A stretch of 64,000 bases of DNA, from the NCBI GenBank assembly GCA_040390065.1, contig JAZJZE010000002.1:38813-102812 (forward strand). Reading direction: 5' to 3'. The notes beneath the pieces were generated by a model. The model searched no databases. It worked only from the letters and a program-made list of their open reading frames with translations, and was not told where the DNA came from. The translations under genes were made by a program, and so were the position numbers. Below, piece after piece: positions 26,775-35,481 of this stretch. Positions within the stretch are counted from its first letter, which is position 1; every line of letters begins with the position of its first letter. Source of the DNA: a bacterium. Its GTDB lineage: Archaea > Thermoplasmatota > E2 > JACPAO01 > JAHFTW01.

Positions 26775-28259
26775 ATGCGCGCAGTTTCGGCCGTCGCCCT
26801 GCTTGCCCTCATGACCCTGGCCGGATGCACGAGCACCGAGGCGCCGCCGTCGCAGCCGCCCACGGCGCCCATGCCGACCGAGCATGGCGGGATGCTACGC
26901 ACCTTCGCCGGCAACGACACCGTCGTGACACCTGCAGAATTCGCCGGCCTCGGCCTTGCGGTCCGGTCGACGCACCACCGCGGCGGCGAACCCAACATCG
27001 GCATCACCTCGGACGGCGCCATGTACGTCACGGCCGGCCCCGGCGTCGAGCGCTCCAACGACCTGGGGCTCACCTGGACCGAGGTGTTCAACCTCACGAC
27101 GTTCTGGGGACCTGCGTACAACCCCGAGCCGACGGGAACCGTATACGGCCTGGAGCGCTCGAGCGACGACATGCTATGGGTCGACACCGACACGGACCGG
27201 ATCTTTGCCGACTTCATGACCGGGCTGTACTGCAGCAAGCTGTACTACTCGGACGACGGCGGCGCGTCCTGGATTCCCAGCCCAATCGACTGCGGCGTGC
27301 CCGTCAACGACCACCAGAAGGTCGCCACAGGACATTATGGGCCCGACGTGCCCGTGCCCCTCAACCCGGTGTACCCGAATCTGGTCTACTACTGCTACAA
27401 CAAGCTCGCGGCCTCCAGTTGCGCGGTCAGCCACGATGGCGGCCTCACCTTCAACTACGACCGCGCCGCGACCATCGCGACGACCCCGCAGCCCGATGAT
27501 CCCCTGACGGTCCAGGGTCCATGCGGCGGCATCAACGGCCACCCCGCAGCCGCGCCGGACGGCACGTTGTACCTCCCGCTGAACCTGGGCTGCCCCGGCC
27601 CCGTCGTCGCCGTGTCCACCAACAACGGCCTGTCCTACGTCAACCGCGTCGGCCCCACCGAGCACGGCGCCGAGGAAATCGACCCCGATGTCACGGTAAC
27701 GCCGGACGGCACGGCCTACATGCAATACCGTGGCTCCGACCACCTGCAGTATCTCGTGCGCAGCAAGGACCGCTTCCAGAGCTTCCAGGGACCTTGGCGA
27801 GTCTCGCCGCCCGACCTGCGCTCCACCGTCTTTGCCGGCATCACCTCGGGCGACGACGGGCGCATCGCCATGGCTTACCTTGGCACGCGCGACACGGACA
27901 AGGAGCCCTCCCTGGCACCCAACGAGACGCGCTGGCACCTGTTCGAGACGTTGAGCTTCGACGCCGGCAACGCGACGCCGACCTTCACCACCGTGCAAGC
28001 CACGATGGACGACAGCCCCGTGCAGATCGGATGCGTTTGGCTCAATGGCGGCGGCAATCCGTGCCGCAACATGCTGGACTTCATCGACATGACGCACACT
28101 CCGGACGGGCGCCCCGTCGTGGTCTTCAGCGACGGCTGCACGGCGGGCTGCGACGGCAACCTCAACGCCACCAACAAGGACAGCCGTGGCCGGACCATCA
28201 CGGTCGCGGCACTGCAGTCGGGGCCCAGCCTGCTGGCGTCGAAGGGCCGCTTCGACTGA
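26775..28259 (+). CDS. Lipoprotein with BNR/Asp-box (sialidase-like) beta-propeller
   Basis: LAGC lipobox; EPNIGIT.DG; Asp-boxes SNDLGLTW, SDDGGASW, SHDGGLTF, STNNGLSY; RNMLDF. Confidence 0.85.
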   Translation: MRAVSAVALLALMTLAGCTSTEAPPSQPPTAPMPTEHGGMLRTFAGNDTVVTPAEFAGLGLAVRSTHHRGGEPNIGITSDGAMYVTAGPGVERSNDLGLTWTEVFNLTTFWGPAYNPEPTGTVYGLERSSDDMLWVDTDTDRIFADFMTGLYCSKLYYSDDGGASWIPSPIDCGVPVNDHQKVATGHYGPDVPVPLNPVYPNLVYYCYNKLAASSCAVSHDGGLTFNYDRAATIATTPQPDDPLTVQGPCGGINGHPAAAPDGTLYLPLNLGCPGPVVAVSTNNGLSYVNRVGPTEHGAEEIDPDVTVTPDGTAYMQYRGSDHLQYLVRSKDRFQSFQGPWRVSPPDLRSTVFAGITSGDDGRIAMAYLGTRDTDKEPSLAPNETRWHLFETLSFDAGNATPTFTTVQATMDDSPVQIGCVWLNGGGNPCRNMLDFIDMTHTPDGRPVVVFSDGCTAGCDGNLNATNKDSRGRTITVAALQSGPSLLASKGRFD

Positions 28260-28276
28260 CTGGCGGCGCCTCCCCG

Positions 28277-28446
28277 CGACCAATCCACAGATTCCACTGA
28301 GGGGACTGACAATCTTGTCGGTCCAACGCATCAAACGTTGCAAACGCGCGGACGGGGAGCAGATTCCGCCGATTGGGTCAGCGGCTGTGGTCAATCTGCG
28401 GGGCATCCGGGTGGATGACCGACCGGAGGGATTCTGCGGAATACCC
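28277..28446 (-). repeat. Dispersed ~170-bp non-coding element, copy B
   Basis: Inverted copy of 22750-22917; 28412-28446 and 28355-28372 are exact reverse complements of copy A blocks. Confidence 0.85.
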
Positions 28447-28484
28447 GCCCAAACCCATTTCACGCCGGGGGGCCTGGCCCCATC

Positions 28485-29375
28485 GTGCCCTTCGTGCTTG
28501 CTGGCTCTGGCTCCCGGGTTTTCGCCGAGAGCCTCGCCCGCGAACTTGGCACGCCGTTGGCGCGCGCCGAAACCAAGCGGTTCCCGGACGGCGAAGGCCA
28601 TGTCCGCATCCTCGACCCCGCCAAAGGCCGCGATGTGGTCATCGTCCAGGCGACGGCGCCGGACACCAACCTCGTCGAACTGCTGCTGTGGCAGGACGCG
28701 GCGCGCGAAGCCGGGGCCTCCAGCATCACGACGGTCATCCCCTACCTCGGGTACGCCCGCCAGGACCGCGTCTTCCTTCCCGGGGAGGCGGTCTCGAGCC
28801 GGGCTGCGGCGCGGGCCATCGCGGGCAGCAGCGACCGCATCATCACCATCGACCCGCACAAGGAAGAATCCATGGCCTTCTTCGGCGGCAAGGCTGCCTC
28901 CGTTTCGGCCGTGCCGCAGCTTGCCGCCGTCTTGGCCTCTTGGGGCGTCGACACGGTGCTGGCCCCCGACAAGGGGGCTCGGGCCCGAGCCGAGTCCGCG
29001 GCGCACATCATGCATGCCCGCGTCGACCACCTCGAGAAGACCCGGCTGTCGGCGACGGAGGTCGTCATGCAGGCCAAAGACCTCGACGTGCGCGGTGCCC
29101 GCGTCGCCATCGTCGACGACCTAATTGCATCGGGCGCCACCATGCTCACGGCCGCCCGGCAACTCAAGCAGGCGGGGGCCAAGGCGGTCTACGCCGCGTG
29201 CACGCACGGGCTGTTCACCGGCGGCTCTCCGGCCAACCTCCTGTCGGATGGCATCGATCGCCTCCTCGTCACGGACACGGTGCCGGTCGCTTCGCCGCGG
29301 CCGACCGGCCTGGACATCGTGAGCGCAGCGCCGGCCGTCGCCCGCCTGCTGAAGGTCGCGCCTACGCCCGCGTAA
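28485..29375 (+). CDS. prs: Ribose-phosphate pyrophosphokinase
   Basis: RFPDGE, IPYLGYARQDR, APDKGA, KTR, IVDDLIASGAT, ACTHGLF. Confidence 0.95.
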   Translation: MPFVLAGSGSRVFAESLARELGTPLARAETKRFPDGEGHVRILDPAKGRDVVIVQATAPDTNLVELLLWQDAAREAGASSITTVIPYLGYARQDRVFLPGEAVSSRAAARAIAGSSDRIITIDPHKEESMAFFGGKAASVSAVPQLAAVLASWGVDTVLAPDKGARARAESAAHIMHARVDHLEKTRLSATEVVMQAKDLDVRGARVAIVDDLIASGATMLTAARQLKQAGAKAVYAACTHGLFTGGSPANLLSDGIDRLLVTDTVPVASPRPTGLDIVSAAPAVARLLKVAPTPA

Positions 29376-29868
29376 GCGTGCCGGCAACGACGGGGAAGTC
29401 CTGCTTGACGGGTTTTGCGTCGCCGGTCTTCACTCCGCCCATGCCCTTGCCCTCGAATGCGGCGTGGCCCTGGCCATCACCGACAACCGTGCCGCGGACC
29501 ATGACGCGCATGCCGCCGCCTGCATCGCGGTGGCGGCATTCCATCGCCATCTTGGCGCCGCCGTCCGTCGCCGCGGGGTGCCCGTGCATTTTGGCGCGGC
29601 ACATGGCGTCACCATCGTAGAGCGTGTTGCCCGAGGCGTCCTTCATCGTGACGTGCAGGGGGCTGCCGCGGGACTGGTCGCCCGTGATGGACAGGCGCCC
29701 ATCCGGCGCCGACAGGTCGACGTGGTGGCCGGCCTGGCCGCCGGGGGCCGCATGTTGGCCGTCGCCACGGGGGCCACCGGGGGCACCGAGCGCAGGAGCC
29801 GCGAAGACGGCAAGGACAAGGATGGCGGCGGACAGGGCGCGAATCACGGTAGACACCTGCGCGGCCAT
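29362..29868 (-). CDS. Hypothetical secreted protein
   Basis: Signal peptide, Gly-rich beta domain with two Cys; TATA-like TTTATA at 29880-29885 on the minus strand. Confidence 0.55.
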   Translation of the reverse strand: MAAQVSTVIRALSAAILVLAVFAAPALGAPGGPRGDGQHAAPGGQAGHHVDLSAPDGRLSITGDQSRGSPLHVTMKDASGNTLYDGDAMCRAKMHGHPAATDGGAKMAMECRHRDAGGGMRVMVRGTVVGDGQGHAAFEGKGMGGVKTGDAKPVKQDFPVVAGTLTRA

Positions 29869-29963
29869 CTTTTCCCGACTATAAAGCCCTGGTCGGACGA
29901 TGTTCGAACGGACGCGGGGCCGTCGCGACGAACCTCTTTACGGCAGGCCCGCGGTCCGGCCGC

Positions 29964-30440
29964 GTGGACCTGTCGGAAGTCCTTCCCTTTGGCCAGTTGA
30001 ACTGGGTCGCCATCCTCGGCTGCGTGGTCGTGAGCATGCTCCTGGGCTACGCCTGGTATGCCCCGTTCGGCTTCGGCAAGATCTGGATGCGCGAGGAAGG
30101 CGTCACGGCGGCGGACGCAAGACGGCACATGGCGCGCGCCATCGGGGTCAGTGCCCTCGGCGCCGTGTTCGCCTCGGTCGCCATGGCGGTCGTCCTCTAC
30201 CACATGAGCTTCATCGTGGACCAGTTCTTCTACGCCGACGAGTACCTGTTCAACGCCGCAGTGCTGGGCCTTGTCATCGGCCTCGGCTTCGCCGTTCCCC
30301 TGGTCATGGCCGAGGTGGGCTTTGCCGGTCGAAGCATCCGGCTGGCCGCCGTCCACGGCGGATACCGCCTCGTCCAATTCATGCTCATCGCCATCATCCT
30401 CGCGCAGTGGCCCGGCCCGCAGGACACGTTCTCCCCGTAG
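29964..30440 (+). CDS. DUF1761-family membrane protein
   Basis: LNWVAIL...LGYAWY.P..FGK.W and C-terminal HGGY.LV; four TM helices. Confidence 0.8.
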   Translation: MDLSEVLPFGQLNWVAILGCVVVSMLLGYAWYAPFGFGKIWMREEGVTAADARRHMARAIGVSALGAVFASVAMAVVLYHMSFIVDQFFYADEYLFNAAVLGLVIGLGFAVPLVMAEVGFAGRSIRLAAVHGGYRLVQFMLIAIILAQWPGPQDTFSP

Positions 30441-30525
30441 GCGAAGCCCCCGGCCGTCGCCGCCCCGAAGGGTTTTATGAGGGTCCAATGTCGCCCGCTT
30501 TGCCCCCAGTGGGCAGTTGACGCTC

Positions 30526-30633
30526 ATGAAGCGAAGTTCCCGCGCCTGGAAGAAGCCAGGCAAGCAGCGCTGGAAATGGCGCAAGAAGAAGATGCGCCGC
30601 CGAAAGCGCGCGCAGAAGCTGCGCAAGGCGTAG
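30526..30633 (+). CDS. rpl41e: Ribosomal protein eL41 (eS32), 35 aa
   Basis: Read manually: MKRSSRAWKKPGKQRWKWRKKKMRRRKRAQKLRKA; RWKW.KK.MRR.KR core; TATA-like TTTTATGA near 30473-30480. Confidence 0.88.
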   Translation: MKRSSRAWKKPGKQRWKWRKKKMRRRKRAQKLRKA

Positions 30634-30746
30634 GCGCATTTCCGCCTCCGCGGCGGCGTTCGCTTCCTCATCCCTTCTTCCCAACTGGATCTGTCCGCCG
30701 GCGCGGCGCAACCTTGAAGGGCCGCATCTTTGTGCGCGGACCCATC

Positions 30747-30819
30747 GGGGACTTAGGCTAACCTGGTAGACTGGCGGCCTCCAGAGCCGCTGATATGCGT
30801 TCAAATCGCATAGTCCCCA
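30747..30819 (+). tRNA. trnW: tRNA-Trp (CCA), intronless, 3' CCA not encoded
   Basis: Acceptor GGGGACT/AGTCCCC-A; anticodon arm GCGGC-CTCCAGA-GCCGC (CCA at 30781-30783); T arm ATGCG-TTCAAAT-CGCAT. Confidence 0.93.
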
Positions 30820-30824
30820 TTTCT

Positions 30825-31391
30825 CTAGCGCGGTCGTGGCACGGACTGAAACGTGTCGTCCCTCACGGCCGCCACATCCTGGCCTTCCGCGTCGGCGCGG
30901 GGCAAGGAACGCGGTCTTGCTGGGCGCCGCATCGTCCCTTCCGCATGACCCACCGCCACCGCGGGCACCTCGGCTGTGCGGCGCCGAACGGCGACGAGCG
31001 CCAGCGCGACCGACGTCGCCGTGACGAAGGCAACGATTGGGGCGGGCCGGAACATGCCGGGCACCAACGCAAGCGCAAGGGCGCAGAGCGCGGCGACCGC
31101 CGGGCCAAGCCCGAGGGCGACGACCACGTGGACCAGACGTTCGCGCCGGCTCGACTGCGGCAGTGACGCTTGCAACAGAAGGTAGCCGGGGGCAACGAGG
31201 GCCACGGCGCCGGCCGCCATGCGCAGCAAGGAGCCGGGGGGCAGTGCGAATGCGGCAAGGGCACCGGCCAGGCAGACTCCGGCCGCAGCCACCACGTCCG
31301 CGTTGTGCGGCGCGGGGGCCCGGCCCCTTGGCGCGTCAGGCAATGGATCGTCGAGAGGCGCCGCAGCCCGCATGGGAAAACCTGCCCCCAT
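30825..31391 (-). CDS. DUF1616-like membrane protein (four TM helices)
   Basis: LR...G...L.APGYLL..A.LP......ERL.......GLG pattern; divergent from the glycan locus. Confidence 0.6.
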   Translation of the reverse strand: MGAGFPMRAAAPLDDPLPDAPRGRAPAPHNADVVAAAGVCLAGALAAFALPPGSLLRMAAGAVALVAPGYLLLQASLPQSSRRERLVHVVVALGLGPAVAALCALALALVPGMFRPAPIVAFVTATSVALALVAVRRRTAEVPAVAVGHAEGTMRRPARPRSLPRADAEGQDVAAVRDDTFQSVPRPR

Positions 31392-31505
31392 CGGGGGAAG
31401 ATGCTTGCGCCAATCTTGTTCCGTTTGCCGCGATTGCGCGCTTGTCCCACAAACGACATGCCGCAGGGGCGTCAGACCGGTTTTGCCCCAAGGGGCGATT
31501 GCGCC

Positions 31506-33221
31506 ATGGCCGGACGACGCTCGATTGGGCTATCCCTTCTGTGCGGGTTGATGGCCGTGGGCGCGGTGGCGCTCGGCCTATCGCTGCGGCTACGCGACCC
31601 GTTGTCGTCTCCCGTGATGGCCGCCGAGGACCCGTTTACGCACATGGCCTTGGTGCGCAATGACCTCGACCGCGGCTCGTTTGCCCCCCTCAACGCGGGC
31701 GAAGGCCTGTATCCGCCCGGCCTGCACGCGATGGTCGCGGTCGCCGCGTCGTTCCTCGGCACGGACCTGTACACGCTTATGGTGCTGGCGCCAGCCGTCC
31801 TAGGAGCCATCGGCGTGGCCGGCGTCGCGGTCCTGTTGTGGCGCCACGAAGGCCCAGTCGCAGCGGTGGCCGGTGCGGCGGCGTGCGCCGTTGCGCCCGA
31901 GATCATCTTCCGCTCCGGCATGATGAGCCCGACCGCCATCGACCTTGCCCTGCTGCCGTGGTTCCTCCTGGCGCTTCTCGAGGTCGTGCGCGGGCGGTTC
32001 GGCTGGCTGCTCCCCGCCACCACCCTGGCCGTGTTCACCTTGTTCGCGCATCCGTGGCTGCTCACGGTCCTAGCCATCACGGGCGTGGCCTTCGCCGTGT
32101 TCGTTGCGACGGCACCGTGGCCTCAGGGTCGCGCACCGCTTTCCAGCCGCGGTCTTGCCGCCGCCTGCTGCATCGTCGGCGTCCCCGTGGCCCTCATGCT
32201 TTGGGGTTGCGCGGGCACCTGCGGGGCGGGCTTTCGCGACATCTTCCCCGGCGGCGACCAGTTGCGCTTCGCGGCACCGGCGGTTGCAGCCATCACCCTC
32301 GCCGTCGCAGCGGTCCTTTGGCTGGCGGCCCGCCGGCTCGATCCCCTGCTCGCTGCCCGGCGGCCGCGGCCGACGTGGGTCCGACTCATTGCTTGCGTTG
32401 GGCTTGCGGCCGCGCTGGTCGCAATCGTCGTGCCCGCCGTCCAAGACGGCATGCCGGAATTCGTCAACCTGCCACGCATGATTGGCTGGCCCATCCTCAT
32501 CCTGGCGGGAGCAGCCCTCGTGGCCTTGCCCTTTGCCGCGACACCAGTTCGCACCGCGGGCGCCGCACTGGCGGCTGCGACCCTCCCGTTCGTCCTGTAC
32601 AATCCCTTTCACAGTCCATTCTGGCCACATCGCACCGCCGTGTACCTCGCCGTGGCCGCCGCGATCCTGGCTGGCGCGGCGGTCGGCCAGGCATCCAAGG
32701 CCGCCGGGGCAGCTGTCCAGCATTGGCTGCGTCGACCGCGCCGCGCGTCGAGGCTGGCCGTGGCGCCCCTTGCGCTTGCCGCGGTCGTGCTTGTCGGCGT
32801 AGCCGGCACGGCCGACGTCGTCGCCGCCACGCCCGATCCCTATGCGTGGTATCGGCTGTACAAACCCTGCGAATTCGCCGCCCTGCAGGACATCGCAACA
32901 CGCCTGGCCACGGACCGGCGTACCATTGCCGTGACCGGAGATTGGCAAGCCAAACTTGTCCTTGCAGCACTGGCGCCAAACGCGTCGCGTATCTGGTTTT
33001 CCCCGTCCTTCTTCACGTCGCCTGCCCAGCGGGATGGCCTCGTTGCCACGATGCGCCATGCCGGGACCCCGCTCGTTGCCGTGGACGACCCGCTCTTGAA
33101 GATGGGGACACCCAAGGCGGACATGCATGGCTTTGCGCCGCCGGCGTGGATGGTCCTGGGGACTTGGTGCCCCGCTCCTTCACGGCCCGCCAGCGTGACC
33201 CTGTACGGGATGACTCAATGA
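31506..33221 (+). CDS. Polytopic GT-C-like membrane protein (AglB/PMT-related fold; lipid-linked sugar transferase or polymerase)
   Basis: First external loop AEDPFTH...LYPPGLH, about 12 TM helices, PHRTAVYL, soluble C-terminal domain with TGDW. Confidence 0.65.
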   Translation: MAGRRSIGLSLLCGLMAVGAVALGLSLRLRDPLSSPVMAAEDPFTHMALVRNDLDRGSFAPLNAGEGLYPPGLHAMVAVAASFLGTDLYTLMVLAPAVLGAIGVAGVAVLLWRHEGPVAAVAGAAACAVAPEIIFRSGMMSPTAIDLALLPWFLLALLEVVRGRFGWLLPATTLAVFTLFAHPWLLTVLAITGVAFAVFVATAPWPQGRAPLSSRGLAAACCIVGVPVALMLWGCAGTCGAGFRDIFPGGDQLRFAAPAVAAITLAVAAVLWLAARRLDPLLAARRPRPTWVRLIACVGLAAALVAIVVPAVQDGMPEFVNLPRMIGWPILILAGAALVALPFAATPVRTAGAALAAATLPFVLYNPFHSPFWPHRTAVYLAVAAAILAGAAVGQASKAAGAAVQHWLRRPRRASRLAVAPLALAAVVLVGVAGTADVVAATPDPYAWYRLYKPCEFAALQDIATRLATDRRTIAVTGDWQAKLVLAALAPNASRIWFSPSFFTSPAQRDGLVATMRHAGTPLVAVDDPLLKMGTPKADMHGFAPPAWMVLGTWCPAPSRPASVTLYGMTQ

Positions 33222-33997
33222 CACCAGCACGCCCGCCTGCCTCCCACGTCACTCTCGTGGTCCCGGCCCGCAACGAGGAGGCCGCCATCCTCGACACGCT
33301 GCGAAGCCTCCCCCTCGCAACGCTACGAGCCATGGGGTTCTCCTGTGACGTCGTCGTCCTCGACGGCCACAGCCACGACCGGACCGCCGCAATCGCGGCA
33401 GCCTGGGGCGCCACCGTGGTGCCCGACCGCGAACGCGGGAAAGGGGCCGCCCTTCGCCAAGCTCGTGGCCAACTCCAGGGAGACCTCATCGTCATGCTCG
33501 ACGCCGACGGCACGTACGCCGCGGACGCCGTTCCCCGCATCGTGGCGCGCCTTGCCTGGGGCTCCGCCGACGTCGTCATGGGCCGGCGCGTTCCACAGCC
33601 GGGCTCCATGAGCGCGACGCACCGAGCTGGGAACCGACTGCTCTCCCTTGCGGCCACCGTCCTGTACGGCCGCCGCGTGCACGACGTCTGCACGGGACTG
33701 TGGGGTCTGCGCGCCCCAGTGCTTCGCCAGCTTCCGCTGCGCAGCACCGGCTTCGGCCTCGAGGCCGAACTCTTTGGCCTGTGCGTGCGCACGGGCTGCA
33801 CCATCGCAGAGGTGCGCGTCGACTACCTGCCCCGGCGCGGTGTTGCAAAACTGACCCTCGGCCGCGACGGCATGCGCATCGCCCGACGGCTCGTCCGGAC
33901 GCGCCTTGCACGCCTCCCGAGGCCAGATGCTGCGGCGCCCCAAGCGGCGCTCGACGCCGCCCGGCCAGCCATCCGCGTCGGGCAGGAGGGACCGTGA
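33218..33997 (+). CDS. GT2 glycosyltransferase (Dol-P-sugar synthase-like)
   Basis: VVPARNEE, DGHSHD.T, GKG.A, MLDADGTY, GFGLEAEL; ATGA overlap with the upstream gene. Confidence 0.9.
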   Translation: MTPARPPASHVTLVVPARNEEAAILDTLRSLPLATLRAMGFSCDVVVLDGHSHDRTAAIAAAWGATVVPDRERGKGAALRQARGQLQGDLIVMLDADGTYAADAVPRIVARLAWGSADVVMGRRVPQPGSMSATHRAGNRLLSLAATVLYGRRVHDVCTGLWGLRAPVLRQLPLRSTGFGLEAELFGLCVRTGCTIAEVRVDYLPRRGVAKLTLGRDGMRIARRLVRTRLARLPRPDAAAPQAALDAARPAIRVGQEGP

Positions 33998-35481
33998 GCC
34001 CCCGCCTGGCGGCCATGGCCTTGGCCGCGGTCCTTGCCGCTGGCTGCGTGATCGGCCCTCGCGGCAGCGCATCGCGGCCGCCGTTTGCGCCGACCGTCGA
34101 ATCCTGGGACTGGAACGCGACGGGTCGCGAACCGTCCCTGACACAATCGTTTGGCGCTGGCACTATGCTCGCCAACGTCGGTCGCGGCGAACTCTTCGAC
34201 GTGACGCCGACGACGTACGACATCGATGGCGATGGCGTCGACGAAGTAATCGCGCAGGGCAACGACACGCATGTGCACGTCTTCCGGCTCGATTCGGGCC
34301 GCGACGTGGCCGACCTGCCGACGACCATCCCGTCGCATTGGTACGTCGAACGCGTCCTCAACGTCGTGGCCGCCGGCGTCCTGGCACCCGGTGAGCCGCC
34401 CTCCCTTGTCGTCGCGAACCATGCCGCGTACGTGGCCGCCTGGCGCTTCGACCGCGCCGCAAGCACGACGGATCACTTTGCTTTCCAGCGCACGTGGGAG
34501 CACAGGATGGACGGCTGCTATCCGACACCCAGCATGGACGCCGGCGTCGCCCTCGCCGATGACGGCGCAGGCCGCAAGACCATCCTCGTGCAGACGGAAG
34601 AGACCGGAATCTACGGGCTTGCGCCCGACGGCACGACCCTCTGGCACCAATGCATCGGCGGCGGCAACGCCGCGCCCGCCGTGGACGACCTCGACGGCGA
34701 CGGCCGACAGGAAGCCATCTTCGGCTCCGACGAAGGCATCCTGACCGTCGTCGATGCCGCGAGCGGCCAGCCGCGATGGGCCGTCAACGTGGCGACCGCG
34801 TACAAGACGTGGCCCGGCTCGATGAGTGTGACGCCCACGACCGCCGAACTCGACGGGCAGCCGCCGCGCGAGGTCCTGTTCACGGCCCGGCATGCCTGGA
34901 GCGCCGACGCGGCCGTCCTGCCGCAGGAGCACATGGGCATCTTCGCGGTGCACGGCGACGACAAGGGCGCCGCGACCGTGCTGTGGCACCTCGAACCGTC
35001 CTGGGCGAACCCGACGAGTTACACGCGCCTGGTCGCCACCGATTCCGACAGTGACGGCCGCATGGACATCTTCGGCATGGACTGGAACACCATCGGGCAC
35101 TACCCCGGGGACTGGGAGCGCCTGAACCGTTCGCACATCTTCCGCCTCGACACCGCGGGCAACCAGGTGTGGGTGCGGACCATCGAGGCCTGGTGGTCCA
35201 ACAAGGATATCGCCGTCGGGGACTTCGATGGCGACGGCCGGGCGGAAGTCCTTGCCAACGCGCCACGCCTCGGCTCCGATGGATTCTGGCGCCTCGACGC
35301 CGCGACGGGCACGACGGAAGGCACCCTGTCATTCGGCGACTGGAAGGTCCTGCGCGGCCCCGCCTTTGCGGACCTTCGCCACGACGGCCATGCCACGATG
35401 CTTGTGGCCCTCGAATCGCTTGCGACACCGGGCCGCGGCGCCCTCGTCGACGTCGACTTGGGGGGCGGGGTCGCCGCATGA
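33994..35481 (+). CDS. Lipoprotein with FG-GAP/VCBS-type Ca-binding beta-propeller
   Basis: LAAGC lipobox; DIDGDGVDE, DLDGDGRQE, DSDSDGRMD, DFDGDGRAE. Confidence 0.8.
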   Translation: MSPRLAAMALAAVLAAGCVIGPRGSASRPPFAPTVESWDWNATGREPSLTQSFGAGTMLANVGRGELFDVTPTTYDIDGDGVDEVIAQGNDTHVHVFRLDSGRDVADLPTTIPSHWYVERVLNVVAAGVLAPGEPPSLVVANHAAYVAAWRFDRAASTTDHFAFQRTWEHRMDGCYPTPSMDAGVALADDGAGRKTILVQTEETGIYGLAPDGTTLWHQCIGGGNAAPAVDDLDGDGRQEAIFGSDEGILTVVDAASGQPRWAVNVATAYKTWPGSMSVTPTTAELDGQPPREVLFTARHAWSADAAVLPQEHMGIFAVHGDDKGAATVLWHLEPSWANPTSYTRLVATDSDSDGRMDIFGMDWNTIGHYPGDWERLNRSHIFRLDTAGNQVWVRTIEAWWSNKDIAVGDFDGDGRAEVLANAPRLGSDGFWRLDAATGTTEGTLSFGDWKVLRGPAFADLRHDGHATMLVALESLATPGRGALVDVDLGGGVAA

